NCBI RefSeq assembly: GCF_038025025.1
Contig: NW_027117339.1
Span: 620,001-684,000, forward strand
Source of the DNA: Phyllosticta citribraziliensis
Lineage: Eukaryota
DNA length: 64,000 nt
Direction: 5' to 3'
The notes under the pieces are model-generated. The model ran no database searches. It was given only the letters and a program-made list of their open reading frames with translations, and had not been told where the DNA came from. Below are positions 10,286 through 23,170 of this stretch, one piece after another. The stretch's first letter is position 1. Every line of letters starts with the position of its first letter. The position numbers and the translations under genes were made by a program.

Positions 10286-13200
10286 TCAGGCAAATTCCTC
10301 GTCGCTGGCGTCCAGCACGTCATATTCTTCGTCAGTCAAGAAGCCGTCATCGCTAGAAATGTCGACTGTCTCAGCGTCTTCGAAAATCTCCGTCTCCGCC
10401 TCCGCCTCGGAAGCCGCGACGGTCGCCTTGTCCGACTTGGCAGACTGGTTGCTTGACGCAGCCTCGTGAGAGCTCGACTCGGGCGACTCCTTCTCCAAAG
10501 TCGGGAAGACCATGCGGCTGTTTTCAGCTGCCGGCTCGGTCTTGAGCTCGACAGGCTTCTCAATCTTTGGCTCCTCCTTGACCGGGCTGTCAGAAATCTC
10601 GGACTCGGGAGCATCCTCAACAGTGGGCTTGAGGCTCTTTCTGCTCGCCTCGAAGGTTGCATCGTTGCCCGACATCGCCAACTCGAGACGCTCAGCGGCC
10701 TCACGCTCCAGACGGCGCTCCCTGATCAGTTGCGTCGACCTGCGGATCAGCTCTCTGCGGCGCGAGTTGCGGTCGCTGTCGCTCAATTCCGGAACCTGGC
10801 GACGTTCGCGCAGTTCCTTGAGACGATGCAGAGTACGCTCGCTATCAGATGATTGGGGCGACTCGACAGGAACAGTGGCAGGTTTCATGACATTGATGTG
10901 GCACCAAAGGCGGTGTCCAAAAGGACTTCCATCGGGAGCCTTGACCCGCCAGTATGAAATGGCAACACCTTCGCGAGCAGGCGCCTTCATCAGGACACTG
11001 AACGAGACCTCTGAGCCGGGCTCGACAGGATTGTTGATGACGTTGCTCTCGACAGCCTCGATAATGTTGTGCGTGTTGGAAGAGGTCTCGTTGTCAACGT
11101 TGAGCATGTTGTCACCTCCAACGTAGCGAACAGAGCATCCAGCCGGCCAAGTATTGGGGCCAGGGTTACGCAAAGTCCACACTTGGAGGAACTTGCAGTT
11201 GGCAGGAAGTTGAGTGCCGTCGCAGATGGTGTCACGGATAAAGTGAGCGTTGAGCGCATCAGGGGGCCCGTACTGGTGCTTGGGCGCCTTCGAGGCGACG
11301 CTGACGTTCTTGAGGACCTCTGCAAGCTTGGACCGACGGTCAACAGGCTCTACAAGCAGATCCTTGATCTTGATCTTGTCCGTCGCGGCCTTGGATGCCG
11401 CTTCTTCGGAGGTGGTGGGCTTGAGGTCGACGACAGTGCGGATTTGTGTCGAGGCATTGTTGGATGCTGGGCGTTGGCGCTCTGCAGACTCAGGCCTGCT
11501 CAACGGCGCATCTCCCAAGGTGGGCATGGGCTTGCCCCATTTGTCCTCACCAGCAGTCGTCACATGGACCTTGCGAACTGGGGTCTTGAACTTGATGAGC
11601 GGGTGAGTTCGGTTGTGGCGGTTGCCGGGCGCCGCCTCGCAGCTGGCGCAGAAGTCGAGGTCGTCACAGACGGCACACTTGTAGCGGACTCCCTCGATGT
11701 ACGTCTGGTCCTTGTTCTTGCACAGCGGGCCATCACAATAGATACCAAAGTGGCGGACGGCAAATGTGCGAGGCTCGGGAAGAGGCTCGTAGATGGGCAC
11801 GAAACGGTGCGTGGCATGCGTCGTGTTGGCGTTCTTGATGCATTTGCCGCAGTAGTCCCAGTCGGGGCAGTTGAGACACTTGTGACGGACGCCATAGATG
11901 AACTCCTCGCATCCGTCGCAGACCGCCGAATGGCGGACGTTGCGGCCAGCAGCGCAAAGGAACTTGGCCAGAGGGCCAACGGTGGGCCCATCAATCACAG
12001 GCTCAAAGGCGTGGCCTGGATGGTGACCGTGCTGGGTGCCAACATGGCAAGACAGGCAGAGGTCGTAATCCTCGCACTCGGTGCAGTGGACAAAGTTGGG
12101 GTCGGGAAGTTCTGAAGTACATCCTGTTAGGCGGGTCATCGGCTTCCGTGGGCAGTACGTACCTTTGACGCAGCAGTTGCAAGTGCGCGTGGGAGTGTAG
12201 GGAATTTCCACCGTGGGCTTTGCTTCCCCAAAAGTCGCCCTGTCGATGGCGTCTCCCAGGTATGCACCAGGCATTCCCTTGTTTTCTTCGGAGATGGGCT
12301 CAGACTTGGCCTCAAATTCCATCTTGAGGTCCTCGGGCTTCGACTTGGGCCCGATCCTTTCAGTCGTGCTGTTGGTGACCTTGCCATTTTGGATAAATCG
12401 CTTGACGAGCCAGTGGGCTGATACAGGGCAATGCTCGCCCGCATCCACGCAGCGTTTGCAGAGGTCATAGTCGCCCTCGTCACAGATGCTGCAGTGGAAG
12501 TGCTCGTTGGTGATGGGGGAGTCACACTGGTTGCAGTAGACAGACCAGGTTGAGGTGGTAACAGAGGAGCTGTCCTTTTGGTCGATGGCGCTCTGCTGGT
12601 TGAGAGCGGTAGCCATGATGCCGTCCAGCTTGGAGAAAAGAGCGGGGATTCCGTCTTCCTTTTTGTCCTCAGGCTTGTTGCCCAGAGATGTCTCTCGAAG
12701 CTTCTCGGTCTCGGCGACGAGCTCTCGAGTATCGCGGAGGCCTGGGATTGCGCGCCTGGCAAGGTTGGCCTTGAGCTCATTCAACTCGCGCTCAAAACGC
12801 TCCTCGGCTGCCAGCCCGTTAGCGTCGTTGCTTTGAAAGTATGAACAATTTTGGACTCACATGGACGAGGAACAAATGGTTGAGGGACGGGAGCCTCGCT
12901 GTTGCGTTCGGCAGCAGACGAAGATGACGGAAGGGAAGTCTTCATGTCAGTCTTGTGAAAAGCCGGCAGTCTAGCGTAGGGGTAGAGCGGAATAGTGCCG
13001 GTGTTGTTCTGCTGCTGCGGAGCTAGGCCTGCCACAAGTGCCTGTTCCTTGAGTCGAATTGATTCTGCCCGGGAGGCGAGAGCTGGCATGCCGCGGGTAG
13101 GCAGCTCAACGGGCGGCGGCATCGTCCTTTGAGCGATTTCCGGGGTCGAAGGTGAAGACGAAATGTCATCCTCAGTCTTGTCATTGGGGTCGTTGATGAC

Positions 13201-13576
13201 GGTTGCTCGAAGGCGGAGCTTGAGCTTGGCCTTGGCAGCCCGAAAGAGTGTCTTGTATACTTGAGGGTTTTCGGGGTCCAAGGTAATGTAGGCGCCGGCA
13301 CTATCGGAGAAACGTTCAAACGTGACCTGTTGGTTTGGCGGAATGTTCAAGAGTTGGCGGAGCTGTAGAGAGGTGAGGAGTCAGTGGATGAGGTTCCGAG
13401 TGGTCCGCAGAGCGTGACGATAAGCGTGGATTGCGCGACCGAAGCGAGCTCACCTTGGTTGGAAGGACGGCAGCGCCCAGGTCCCTCATAGGAACCTTGA
13501 ATTTGCGGTTGCTTCCCTGAATAGAGACCTTGATGGTCACGAGCGTATCCATGGTGACGGGGACAGTGGAAGCCAT
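10286..13576 (-). CDS. nbr1: Nbr1-type selective autophagy receptor (PB1-like, 4 ZZ zinc fingers, FW/NBR1 domain, C-terminal AIM/LIR)
   Basis: Exons 13576-13454, 13362-12861, 12807-12163, 12111-10286. Four ZZ motifs (e.g. CDGC..RHKCLNCPDWDYC), FW domain (DTICDGT..QVWTLRNPG..W..YW..GHRLWC), acidic tail DEEYDVL. Confidence 0.9.
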
Positions 13577-14595
13577 GATGTTGGGAGAGTGAGAGCAGAG
13601 CAGAGCAGCGTCGAGTGGTGACGTAGAGACGTGACGTCTTCAGCCTCACCACGGGCCGTGGAGCTGGGGACAGCAACGATGAAGAAGCCGGACGGGCAGA
13701 GCGACGATGGACGAGGCCGTGGGCAGAAGAGAAGGAGGTGGAGTGGGGAGGAGAGGAGGCGGAGAGGCGAGGCGAGGCGAGGTGGTAAGGTAAGGTAGTG
13801 GAGGTCGGGTGGTTGGCTTGGGTGCGAGGAGAGCGGGAGCCTGGAGCTGTACTAGCCCACGACGAACCGGGCCTAGCGCCGTGAGCTTGTGATACGCGTG
13901 CAGAGGCTCAACTCGAGCCAGCGCAAACCGGTGAGCCGACGGCCGAGACTGACTGCGCCGACAGGGAGAGGGGTGTTGGTGATGACTTAGTGATGCGGCG
14001 CCGCTGCAGAGCGTCAAGTCTACAGTCAGTCAAGTCAGTACGGGCAGGGCAGGTCGTGGATGCGTTGGTCGAAGCCGGGACCCGCAGCGAGAGGGAGACG
14101 CTCCCGTCCGCTCCTTATCAATCCCCAGATAAGCGCCAGGTCCTCCCGTCCGGGTCCGGGTCCGGGTCCGCAATTGTCACCAGTCACGTGAATGGGACCT
14201 TAGGTTGCTTCCTCTCCCTCAGGTCCCGTCCGTCGACCTTAACTACATGTACCCACGGACAGGTACGTACGAAGGGAGTGCATACCTACCACCGACATGC
14301 ATGCGACTATACAGCTGTGTGTTTCTTGTCTTCAACGTATCCAACATTTCCGCCGCACTCCAACACGTCTGCCTTTTTTTCTTACAGTCCAACTCAACAC
14401 TGCGCTCCCTTTCCCATCACAAAACACCTCACTCCAACACGCCTCGTCAGGTCCCCCTCCCTCTCCCTTGAATGCCACCATCACCAGCTTGGGCGCTAGA
14501 CCAACCGCTACCACTGGTCCAACCTTGTGCCGACAGTCGCGCCGCCGCGTAGAATCCCTCCCGCCTCTCACGCCTTTCTTGTTGAGCTCCGGCCG

Positions 14596-15532
14596 CTACA
14601 GCTCCGCCATGTCATCTTGATCCTTCTGCGCCGCCTCGTCCGAGTCTGCTGCAGTCGACGGTCGGTATCCCGGCTGGTACCAACTCCAAATGTTCAGCCC
14701 GACCTTGGTGCCGGATAGCACGGGTAGTCCGGCGTGCCAAACCTCGTCATACGGGGACCCGTCGTAGCGGAAATTCTCCCAGTAGACGGCGTTTCCTGCC
14801 ATGGGCTTGAACGTGATGCCCTCGTAGCCTTGATCTTCGCAGTCCAAGAACTCGCACCACTTCTTGTCGGCCGGCATTGTCAGGCGCGGAAAGTTCGTGC
14901 CGCCGCCTGTGCAGTTGGCCTCGAGGTAAACCATGAAACTCGAGATGCGCCCGCCCTTGACTATAGATGCAGGTCCGTCGAAATGGTGAACATAGTGTCC
15001 GCCTGTGCGGTAGCGCTGGCTCCATAGTTTTTCGATAAACGTATATGGACGCCAGCCTTGAAACTGACGAGCCCGCTCTTCGATGCAGCGCACAATGTCG
15101 TCACGCTCCAGCTCAGCCTTTTCAGAAACGCGGACGCTCGGGTCGAGTCTCTCTTCGCTCCCGCTCCACACTGTCGACGGCTTGAATTTGTCCTCGCTGA
15201 CGGTCCGTCAGCATGCGTTGCCAATCGTGAAATTTGCAGGATCATCACCTGATGTCCACCAGGTGCTTTGCCTCCTGGTGGCTTACGAATGAGGGCATAT
15301 AAACGACCAAGGGGTCTCGGTTCAAGATGTGCACGTTGTACCCATACTCGGGACAGACGAGGCTTTCATCAGGAATGACGAGGTGGTCGCTGTTGGTAAA
15401 GGCGACATCGTCGCCTGCAGATATGGGTCTGCCACCCAAAAAGATGCGTTGCAACGGAGACCCGACCAGGATGTAGCCGACGACAGCAAAAAACACGTAT
15501 TGTACAATGTTGCCTACGCTCAACCCCATCAT
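14596..15532 (-). CDS. Prolyl 4-hydroxylase alpha-like 2OG-Fe(II) dioxygenase, type II membrane
   Basis: Exons 15532-15249 and 15196-14596. N-terminal TM helix, DPLVVYMPSF, H-x-D (HFD), RISSFMVYL, GGGTNFP, WHAGLPVLSGTKVGLNIW. Confidence 0.92.
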
Positions 15533-16578
15533 TGTCGTGCCGCGTCGGAATAATGGCAAACAAAATGATGTTCAAGCCAGGTCTGCGTTTGAGGTGACAA
15601 GACGCTGTGGAACCTGCGGAGCTCGAGCGTTGCTTAGAAAGGGGGCAACCGAGCCGATCTTCCAACCTCGCGCTGTGATGCCCGACATTCTTCCCAACGC
15701 TCCAAGCATCTATGGCACACGTGCGGTCGTCTGCATCCGGTGGCCCTTGGTTGCAACATATTTGGGCGACGCACATCTACACGTTTCCTCTGCGCTTCAT
15801 TCGACGTCGCGACCTGGATTCGACTTGGCGGCAAAATTCATGTGTTGCCGGTTGCGAAAGCATTTGCACTTGCGCTGGCGTCGGAGCATGAGACGCATAT
15901 TTGAACAACACGAAGATGCCTTTGCTAGGCACCAGGCACTAGAATCCATCGTCTAAATTTGGTCGGGATCCGACTCGAAGACCTCAGCCATCGACGTCGT
16001 AACGGCCGGTACGGCAACGGCGTCTGCCAATGACAGAATTGTACGTGCTGTCGAAAAGCAGTCTTCCATGTCAAATCGAGTTCATCGTTCTTTCACACAA
16101 GGCCATGCCCGACTCAGTTCCTACCGTTAGTCTCCGTCCATCTACCTGAAGCACCGATACGTTGGCATGGGGTTCGTATCGAACGTCCAAGAGGAAGCCA
16201 GCGTAAGAAATCGCGGTTTCTTGGAGTTGCACTTTTCCTGTTACAGTCGCAACCGAGACGCCTTCTTGTCAACGCCTCACAACGCCCCCAAGAATCCATC
16301 GCGTCAAAAGTTACAAATAGCCAAGGCTGGCACCCAAGGCTATCTTTTGGCTGCTTACCCAAGATTTTTTTCAATGGCCGAGACAAGCCCCAGCACGTGA
16401 CTCCAGCATTCTGCCTTATGCCCTAACAACAAGCTGCCGGAAGCCTGTCTTGGGTTGCCGAGCTGCTACAGTATAAACCCCTTTCACGTTGCGGCGTCAT
16501 CATCTCTCTCTCAACACGTTCGTTCTTTGGCTTGTCAGATGTCTTCTGCGTCTGCTTCCCGCGCGGACTCTTTCTAAC

Positions 16579-18490
16579 ATGCTCAGCATTTTTACCTTCA
16601 TTGTATTACTCCTATCATTCGCTTCAACGTTCGCGCGGGCCGCTTCTTCCAATGACCAAGGGACACTTCAGCAGCAGCAGAAATCTTCGTGGCCGGGCTG
16701 GAATGGCATACGGTATTGGTTTGCGTTGTAAGTTGCCTGGGCAATCTCTTGGGATCTTTTCTTGACAGTCGACAGCGGCGATTCATACACGACGATCGGA
16801 TTCAACGTGACCAAAAACCAGCCAAGCCCGAGCAACCCGCTGGGCAATCCGGCCTTTCCGTACGTCCATCCCACCTCTGATTCAGCCCACGATGTATTCT
16901 CTGCTGGTGTAGCAAGTTCGACCTGAGGCAGCGACCAAACCAGGCGCCATCCTCGCGCACATGTGTCACTTTCCAAGCCAAACATGAAACGCATTAACCT
17001 CGAATCCGTGCTGCGGCAACCGGCAGCAACCTTGGCACAACAGCTGACTTGCAAACAGTGGTCTCACGTCTTCCAAGTAATCCGTCAGCTCCGCGCACCT
17101 GACAGGGCCGAAACTGACAAGACCTGTGTGCAGCGGTCCAAACTATGTTGGATATTTGACAACCAAGTACAATGCCTCGCTCATCCAAACGGTTGACCTC
17201 GCCTTTTGGGGCGCCACGGTCGACGACTCTCTCATCGCAGCTTACTCGCCCATTGTGAAGTCTATCAAGGAGCAAGTGGCGACCGAATTCTTCCCCTTCT
17301 ACACTACGCAAACCAAAGGATGGTCAAGCCAAGACACGCTCTTCAGCGTCTTCATTGGAATCAACGACGTAGCCAACTCGTACCGCGTCAAGAACACAAG
17401 TGCCTACCCACTCGTCTTTAACGAATACGGAGCACTGGTCGAACAGGTCAGCCAGTCCAAACCCCGCTCCCTCCGTCATCGCCGGCACCATCACTAAATC
17501 AATTGTCAGCTCTATGGCGCCGGAGCCCGCAACTTCCTCTTCTTGAATGTGCCGCCAGTGCAGTACTCGCCGACGACCAACTCGCTGGGCAAGTCGAGCG
17601 AGAAGCTCGAGGCCGACGCCATCGACGAGTGGAACGACATGGTCACGCAGCTGGCCGACGGGCTGCGCAACAAGCATCCTGACACAGCCGTCTTTAACTT
17701 TGACACGTACAGCCTCTTCCGCAAGGTGCAGAAGGACCCGACGAAATTCAAGCAGACGGAAGGTTATAAGAACACGACGGGCTTCTGTCCGCTATACCAA
17801 GCGTACGTAGATGGACCCCGGTCTCCTCCTCCCGTGCTTCAGCGTCTATTCCCATCGTTCTTTCTTCTGTTTCCATTGACAGACGGGAGAGTGCGGCGTT
17901 TGAGATTGAACTGACAGAGTCTGCTGCAGCGGCACTCCCGCCCAAGACACGCTCATCGCCTCGTGCGAGTACCCCGTCAACCAGTACCTCTGGCTCAACG
18001 GCCTACACGTGACGTACCCGATGCACGACCTGCTGGCCGAGCAGCTGGCGACGTCGCTCAGCGCCGTCGCGCCTGGAGCTAAGCCGTGCGTACCCACATC
18101 CCCCTCCTTTTCTTTCCTCTCCGCGATTCCTTTCCTTACCTTTCCTACTCTCCTACTCTCTCTCTCATATTCATCTCCTACTCTCCTACTCTCTCTCTCT
18201 CTCTCTCTCCCCCTCTCTCCCTCTCTCCTATCTCCTATCTCCACCCCTTTCTCCTATCGTCCAAGTCCGCCAAAAAACCGACAAACTTTCCATTTGTGGT
18301 CGAGATCTCTTATCTAAACAAACAACTTTTTTTTTTTTTTAGAAACACGACTGATTTAGGAACTGACACGACCAACACCACCAGTGCGCGCGGGGCCGCC
18401 GCGCCGTCCTTGCTGCCGAGCGCCAACCGCCAGACGCTGTCGCTGCTCGCGCTGACCGTCACGTCGCTTATCTTTACGCTGCTACTGTGA
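16579..18490 (+). CDS. Secreted SGNH/GDSL esterase (CE16-like) with probable GPI-anchor signal
   Basis: Exons 16579-16727, 16776-16859, 17059-17076, 17134-17446, 17510-17802, 17930-18085, 18343-18490. Signal peptide, FGDSY, SSNGPN, GATVD, IGINDV, GARNFLFLNVPP, WLNGLH, then a Ser/Thr linker and hydrophobic tail. The last exon is less certain. Confidence 0.88.
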
Positions 18491-19188
18491 TCCGGGTTTG
18501 CCGTCACGGCGGCTGCGGTGGTATGGGAGAGAGGTGGGCAGAGGAAGCAGGGAGAGGAAGAGGGGCGGGTTGGAGGGTTGGGGAGCGGTTGTGGGAAGCA
18601 GAGTCGAAGCAGGCAGGAGGAGAGAAGGCGAGAGTGGAGGAGCGATCCAGCATATACCACGGCGTTCATTCGGGACCAGCGTTGTTGTTTCTCTTCACCT
18701 CTTTTATTTTTCCTCGGCCGCACACACTATCACATGCCACGCGACCTTCTTCCTTACTTTGCAGCAGTCTTTCCGTCCTATCATGCTGCTTACATTCCTC
18801 CATCCTACCTACGATGCACTCGGGTGGCTTCGCACAGAAATTGTAGTAGAGTAGAGAAAGAAAGAGGGCTGGAGCTCAAGTGGACAAGGTAGAGAGATGA
18901 TTCCAATGTCGAATTTGGTGGGTTTAAAGTTGCTAGTGGAACTGTGCACTTCTCTTGAATCTTCCTCGGCGGTGAGGGTAAACCTTGAACGATGGTGACA
19001 TCGTGATCAATTGAGGCATGAAGCTTGTGTCATCACGTCGATGTTCTCAAAAGGAAAGCAAGGTAGTCCGGGAAAGCGAAACTGGTAGGTGGGATCGTGC
19101 TTGCTGTGGTGAGCACTGTCTGCAATCCCTGGTCCAGTGACAGTCTAATGGTATAATGGCTACGAAGTACAATGGTAGAGTGAGGCGC

Positions 19189-20312
19189 TCACGGCTTCTG
19201 GGTCTGGCCAGTGTGGGCGGCGGATCCGCGCTCAAAGTAGGTCCACTGGCCCTCTGCGGGCTTCTCCTCAAGTTCCTCCCACCTGCGATTGTCAGCGGGT
19301 TTTATTTTGAAAAAAGAAATGACGTACACTTCGTTCTCAGTCATCACGTCGACGAGCTCCAGCTCGCCAGCTGCCACTTGGATCACTTCCTCAATGAGAC
19401 CGGCGCCAATCTTGTTCTCGATATCAGACACTCTGGTGGAATGGTCAGCGGCAGCTTCACGATTGGACGCTCGATAGACTCACTGCTCGTGGGTCAAGGA
19501 GGGCTCGGGCTCAAACTTGAGCCTCTTCGCGTCCTTGGGCGGGTCCCACAGTCCCTCGAGACCAGAGGGGTCAGTTGGCTTCCAGTTTCGAAGCTCAGTC
19601 ATGTAGGTGTCGTATTCTTTCTCGAGTTCCGCGCGACTTTGTCCCCAATGTTAGTAGATGACGGCGTTTGGTGGTCAATGCGTATTTACCGCTCTCGCAA
19701 CTCGGCCAGCTCCGCATCAGATTCCAGGAGCCTGTAAATGTTAGTGACATCAGAACCAGCCCTCCACAGACCATAGACTCACTGTGATGATACTTCTTCA
19801 TTCTTCCTCTTCAATTCAGATCCCCTCCGGAACTCAGCGTGCGCAATGGCTGTGAGCTGCTCAATGATCTTCTGTCCACGTCGGGCCTCTGGGATTTCCT
19901 GGTTTTCGGGCAGCCTTTCTACATCTGGATCCTCCTCCATAACTCCAACCGGCTCCATGTAGAGATACCATTTTCCGTCGGATGTGTATTTGACCTCGAC
20001 GCCCAGGCGGCTGGCAGTCCGCTCGTTCTCGTCGACTTGTTCCCTCATGCGCTCGGCCCATTCTTTCAACTGGTAGTTGGCAGTGGCCTCGACGACGCTG
20101 AGGCGGTGGCGGGTCAAGGCTTCGGCGCTTTGGCGGTAGACAGAAGAGTCGGGGAGCCTCTTGAGCCTGTCGAGCGTAGCGCTGTATAGATAGATGAGGG
20201 CCGAGCGCGGGGCGGGGTGAGTTCTGAGGCCAGTGAGGCCAGTAGGGGCGTTTGGCTGCAAGGCGCGGCCAGCCGACGAGACGGCGGCGAGAAGACGAGA
20301 GGCAGGCCTCAT
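19189..20312 (-). CDS. NDUFA5: NADH:ubiquinone oxidoreductase 29.9-kDa/NUFM subunit (NDUFA5 family)
   Basis: Exons 20312-19783, 19731-19690, 19636-19484, 19432-19328, 19282-19189 (307 aa). Mitochondrial presequence, PTGLTGL.THPAPR..L..LY, SVYRQS.EALT.HRL, IENKIGAGLIEEVIQVA.GEL, WEELEEKP.EGQW.YFER. Confidence 0.93.
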
Positions 20313-20657
20313 GATGGACGGAATTGGAGAATTGGAGTGGTGATGTATGTTGACCTGGGGAAAGCTATGGTGTACTAATGCAGTTGCGGAGGCCCTCATT
20401 GGCGCTCGCTCGGGCCGATCGCCGGCGCCATCCTCCCCCGTCGATCCCGTCCGCCCCAGACCTGAGCCAGACGGTGTCAGGTCTCCTTTCGCGACAACAC
20501 CACTGCACCTCGCGTGGCCTACTCTCGCTGCCCGTTTTCCACGCCAGACCCTGCCCGATTCGATGCGCAACTTGGCCCGGATCTGATTTCTCTCCTCTCC
20601 GGGCCTCCGCCGCCCTGTCAACGTTGCAAACGCTACCTGGCCCGACCGAGCTTCACC

Positions 20658-22884
20658 ATGCGCCTGCTTACCTCTCTCTTGCCGCTCGCCCTCCTCGCCT
20701 CCGCGTACGCGTCGCCGGGCCGAAAGACACCTGAAAAGGTGCTCGATATTGAAGATGAAAAGGCCGTGACCGTATTTAACGACAAGGAAGTCCCGCCGAT
20801 GACCGAGTTGAGTGGTGGCAGCGTGGACGAAAGCATAGCCCAAGGAAACTGGTACTTGCCCACCTGGCCGCTACTCGCAAAGTGGTACTAACTCACCAGG
20901 CTTGTCGAGTTCTTCTCTCCCTACTGCCATCACTGCAAAGCTCTGGCTCCTACATGGCAGACCCTATACGAATTTTACTATACCAGCGACCCTCTGCCTG
21001 GAGCCCAGTCAAAGGAGGGGGACTCTCTCAACACCTTTACAAGATACTACGACTTCCACTTTGCCAAAGTCGACTGCGTGGCCTTTAGTGACGCGTGCGC
21101 CGCCAAGGACATTCATTCGTTCCCGACCATCATCTTGTTCAAGGACGGCAAGGAAGTCAAGAGGCACGTTGGTGCCGACAAATTGAAATACTTTAGCAAC
21201 TGGATTGAGGACGCTCTAGAGACTATTCGCCCCGGATCAAGACCCAAGGAGGGTCTCAAACTTCCCGAGGTGGGGGCAAAGGGCGTGGACAGCAACGCGA
21301 AGCCCGAAAAGCCAGAGGCCAAGGACAAAGATCCTGCAGCAGGCGCTGCTGCGGCGAGCAAGCACAATGAAATGGCCACCAAAGCTGCCGCTTCCAAGCC
21401 TTCCGCAACCGCTACTCAGCCAACGGCCACTCACAACCCGATCGGGACCTCAATACCTCTCACGGCTGAGAGCTTCCAGAAGCTCGTCACCACGACACAA
21501 GACCCATGGTTTGTCAAGTTTTACGCCCCTTGGTGTCACCATTGCCAGGCCATGGCTCCCAACTGGGCTGCTATGGCAAGGGAAATGAAGGGCAAACTGA
21601 ATGTGGGCGAGGTCAACTGCGACATGGAAAAGAGACTGTGCAAAGACGCGCGCGTCAAGGGCTACCCTACACTGTTGTACTTCCGTGGCGGCGAACGAGT
21701 CGAGTATGACGGGCTACGCGGAGTGGGTGATCTCATTGCGTACGCAAACAACGCGTACGAGGTTGGCAATGGGGTACCCGACGTGACGGCGGAAGAATTT
21801 GAAGAGATGGAAAAGACCGAGGATGTCATTTTCCTCTACGTATATGACCACGCTACTACTACTGAAGACTTTGCTGCCCTGGAGCGCTTGACGCTCAGCT
21901 TGATCGGCCACGCGAGGCTGGTCAAGAGCAACGACCCAAAGCTTGCGGAGCGCTACAAGATCTCAACTTGGCCGCGTCTGCTGGTGAGTAGAGATGGCAA
22001 GCCAAGCTACTACAGCCACATTGCTCCGCGGGACATGCGCGACTTTCGCCAAATCTTGGGCTGGATGAAGACCGTATGGCTTCCGATTGTCCCGGAGTTG
22101 ACCTCGTCCAACGCTCGCGAAGTCATGGATGGCAAGCTGGTGGTTTTGGGCATCCTCAACCGAGAGCACGCGGATGAGTTTGAGATTGCAAAGCGGGAGA
22201 TCAAGAACGCCGCCCTCGAGTGGATCGACAAGCAAACGCAGCAGTTCAAGCTTGAACGCCAAGAGCTCCGCGATGCCAAACAACTCCGAATCGAAGAAGC
22301 AGAGGACCGCAACGACCAAAGGGCACTTCGAGCGGCCAAGAGCATCCGCATCAACATGGATGAGATTGAGCGGAAAGAAGTTGCTTTTGCGTGGGTCGAT
22401 GGCGTGTTTTGGGAGAGGTGGCTCCGAACAACGTACGGCATAGACGTCAAGGATGGCGAAAAGGTGGTGATTAACGATGAAGACGTGAGTTTTTTCCCAA
22501 CACAACCAATCCTTAATCCTCGCTGACAAAACGCAGAACCACCGCTACTGGGATCAAACCTCGACTGGAAATCCGATTGTCCCCTCGCGCACCTCGATTT
22601 TGGAGACCCTTTCCAAGGTCACGCGCGATCCTCCGGCGCTTCGGCCCAAGTCGACTATTGGCACCGTTTCGACCTTTTTCTTCAACATCAAGCAGTTCCT
22701 CACAGGTCATCCTTTCCTCTCCGTCGGCATCATAATCGGCGTCGCTATCGCCGCTACGTGGCTCGGACGGAGCCGAAACCGCAGAGCGATGCTCAACGCC
22801 AGGGCTGGGTTCTTCCAGCTACCTCTGACAAACGAAAAGGAGGGCATGATGGGAGGCGTTGACGGAAGCGGAAAGACGGATTGA
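20658..22884 (+). CDS. ER membrane-anchored protein disulfide isomerase (Eps1-like)
   Basis: Exons 20658-20851, 20900-22484, 22537-22884. Signal peptide, two thioredoxin active sites (YCHHC, WCHHC), C-terminal TM helix and GKTD retrieval-like tail. Confidence 0.92.
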
Positions 22885-23170
22885 GACGGCGATTTCGGGA
22901 AACATTATGTTTGGGGCTGCGCCGCAACATCTGATCATTTTCATCTTTCTTCCTTTTGCGGGTAGGGTATGATGGGGATGGCGTCAACGTGCTACATGAG
23001 AGCCGGGATGCAAGCGTTTTGGCGTTTTTCTTTCCCCCTTTTTCTTCTCTGCTCAGGCATGCTGTTGTTTAACCGGGGCAGTAGGATTCCTGTTTCGAGA
23101 CATCGAGGAAGAATTGAAGAGTAACATGGAGAATAACTGAGCAAGTCGCATTTCCCTGTCAGCATCTTCT

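Noticed and set aside
11069..12115. Long antisense ORFs (also 55762-56823, 41885-42784, 61290-62207)
   Set aside because: Shadow frames of strongly codon-biased real genes.
17985..18015. WLNGLH instead of the SGNH DxxH catalytic motif
   Set aside because: Asn at this position is common in fungal CE16-type esterases, so it is not evidence of inactivation.
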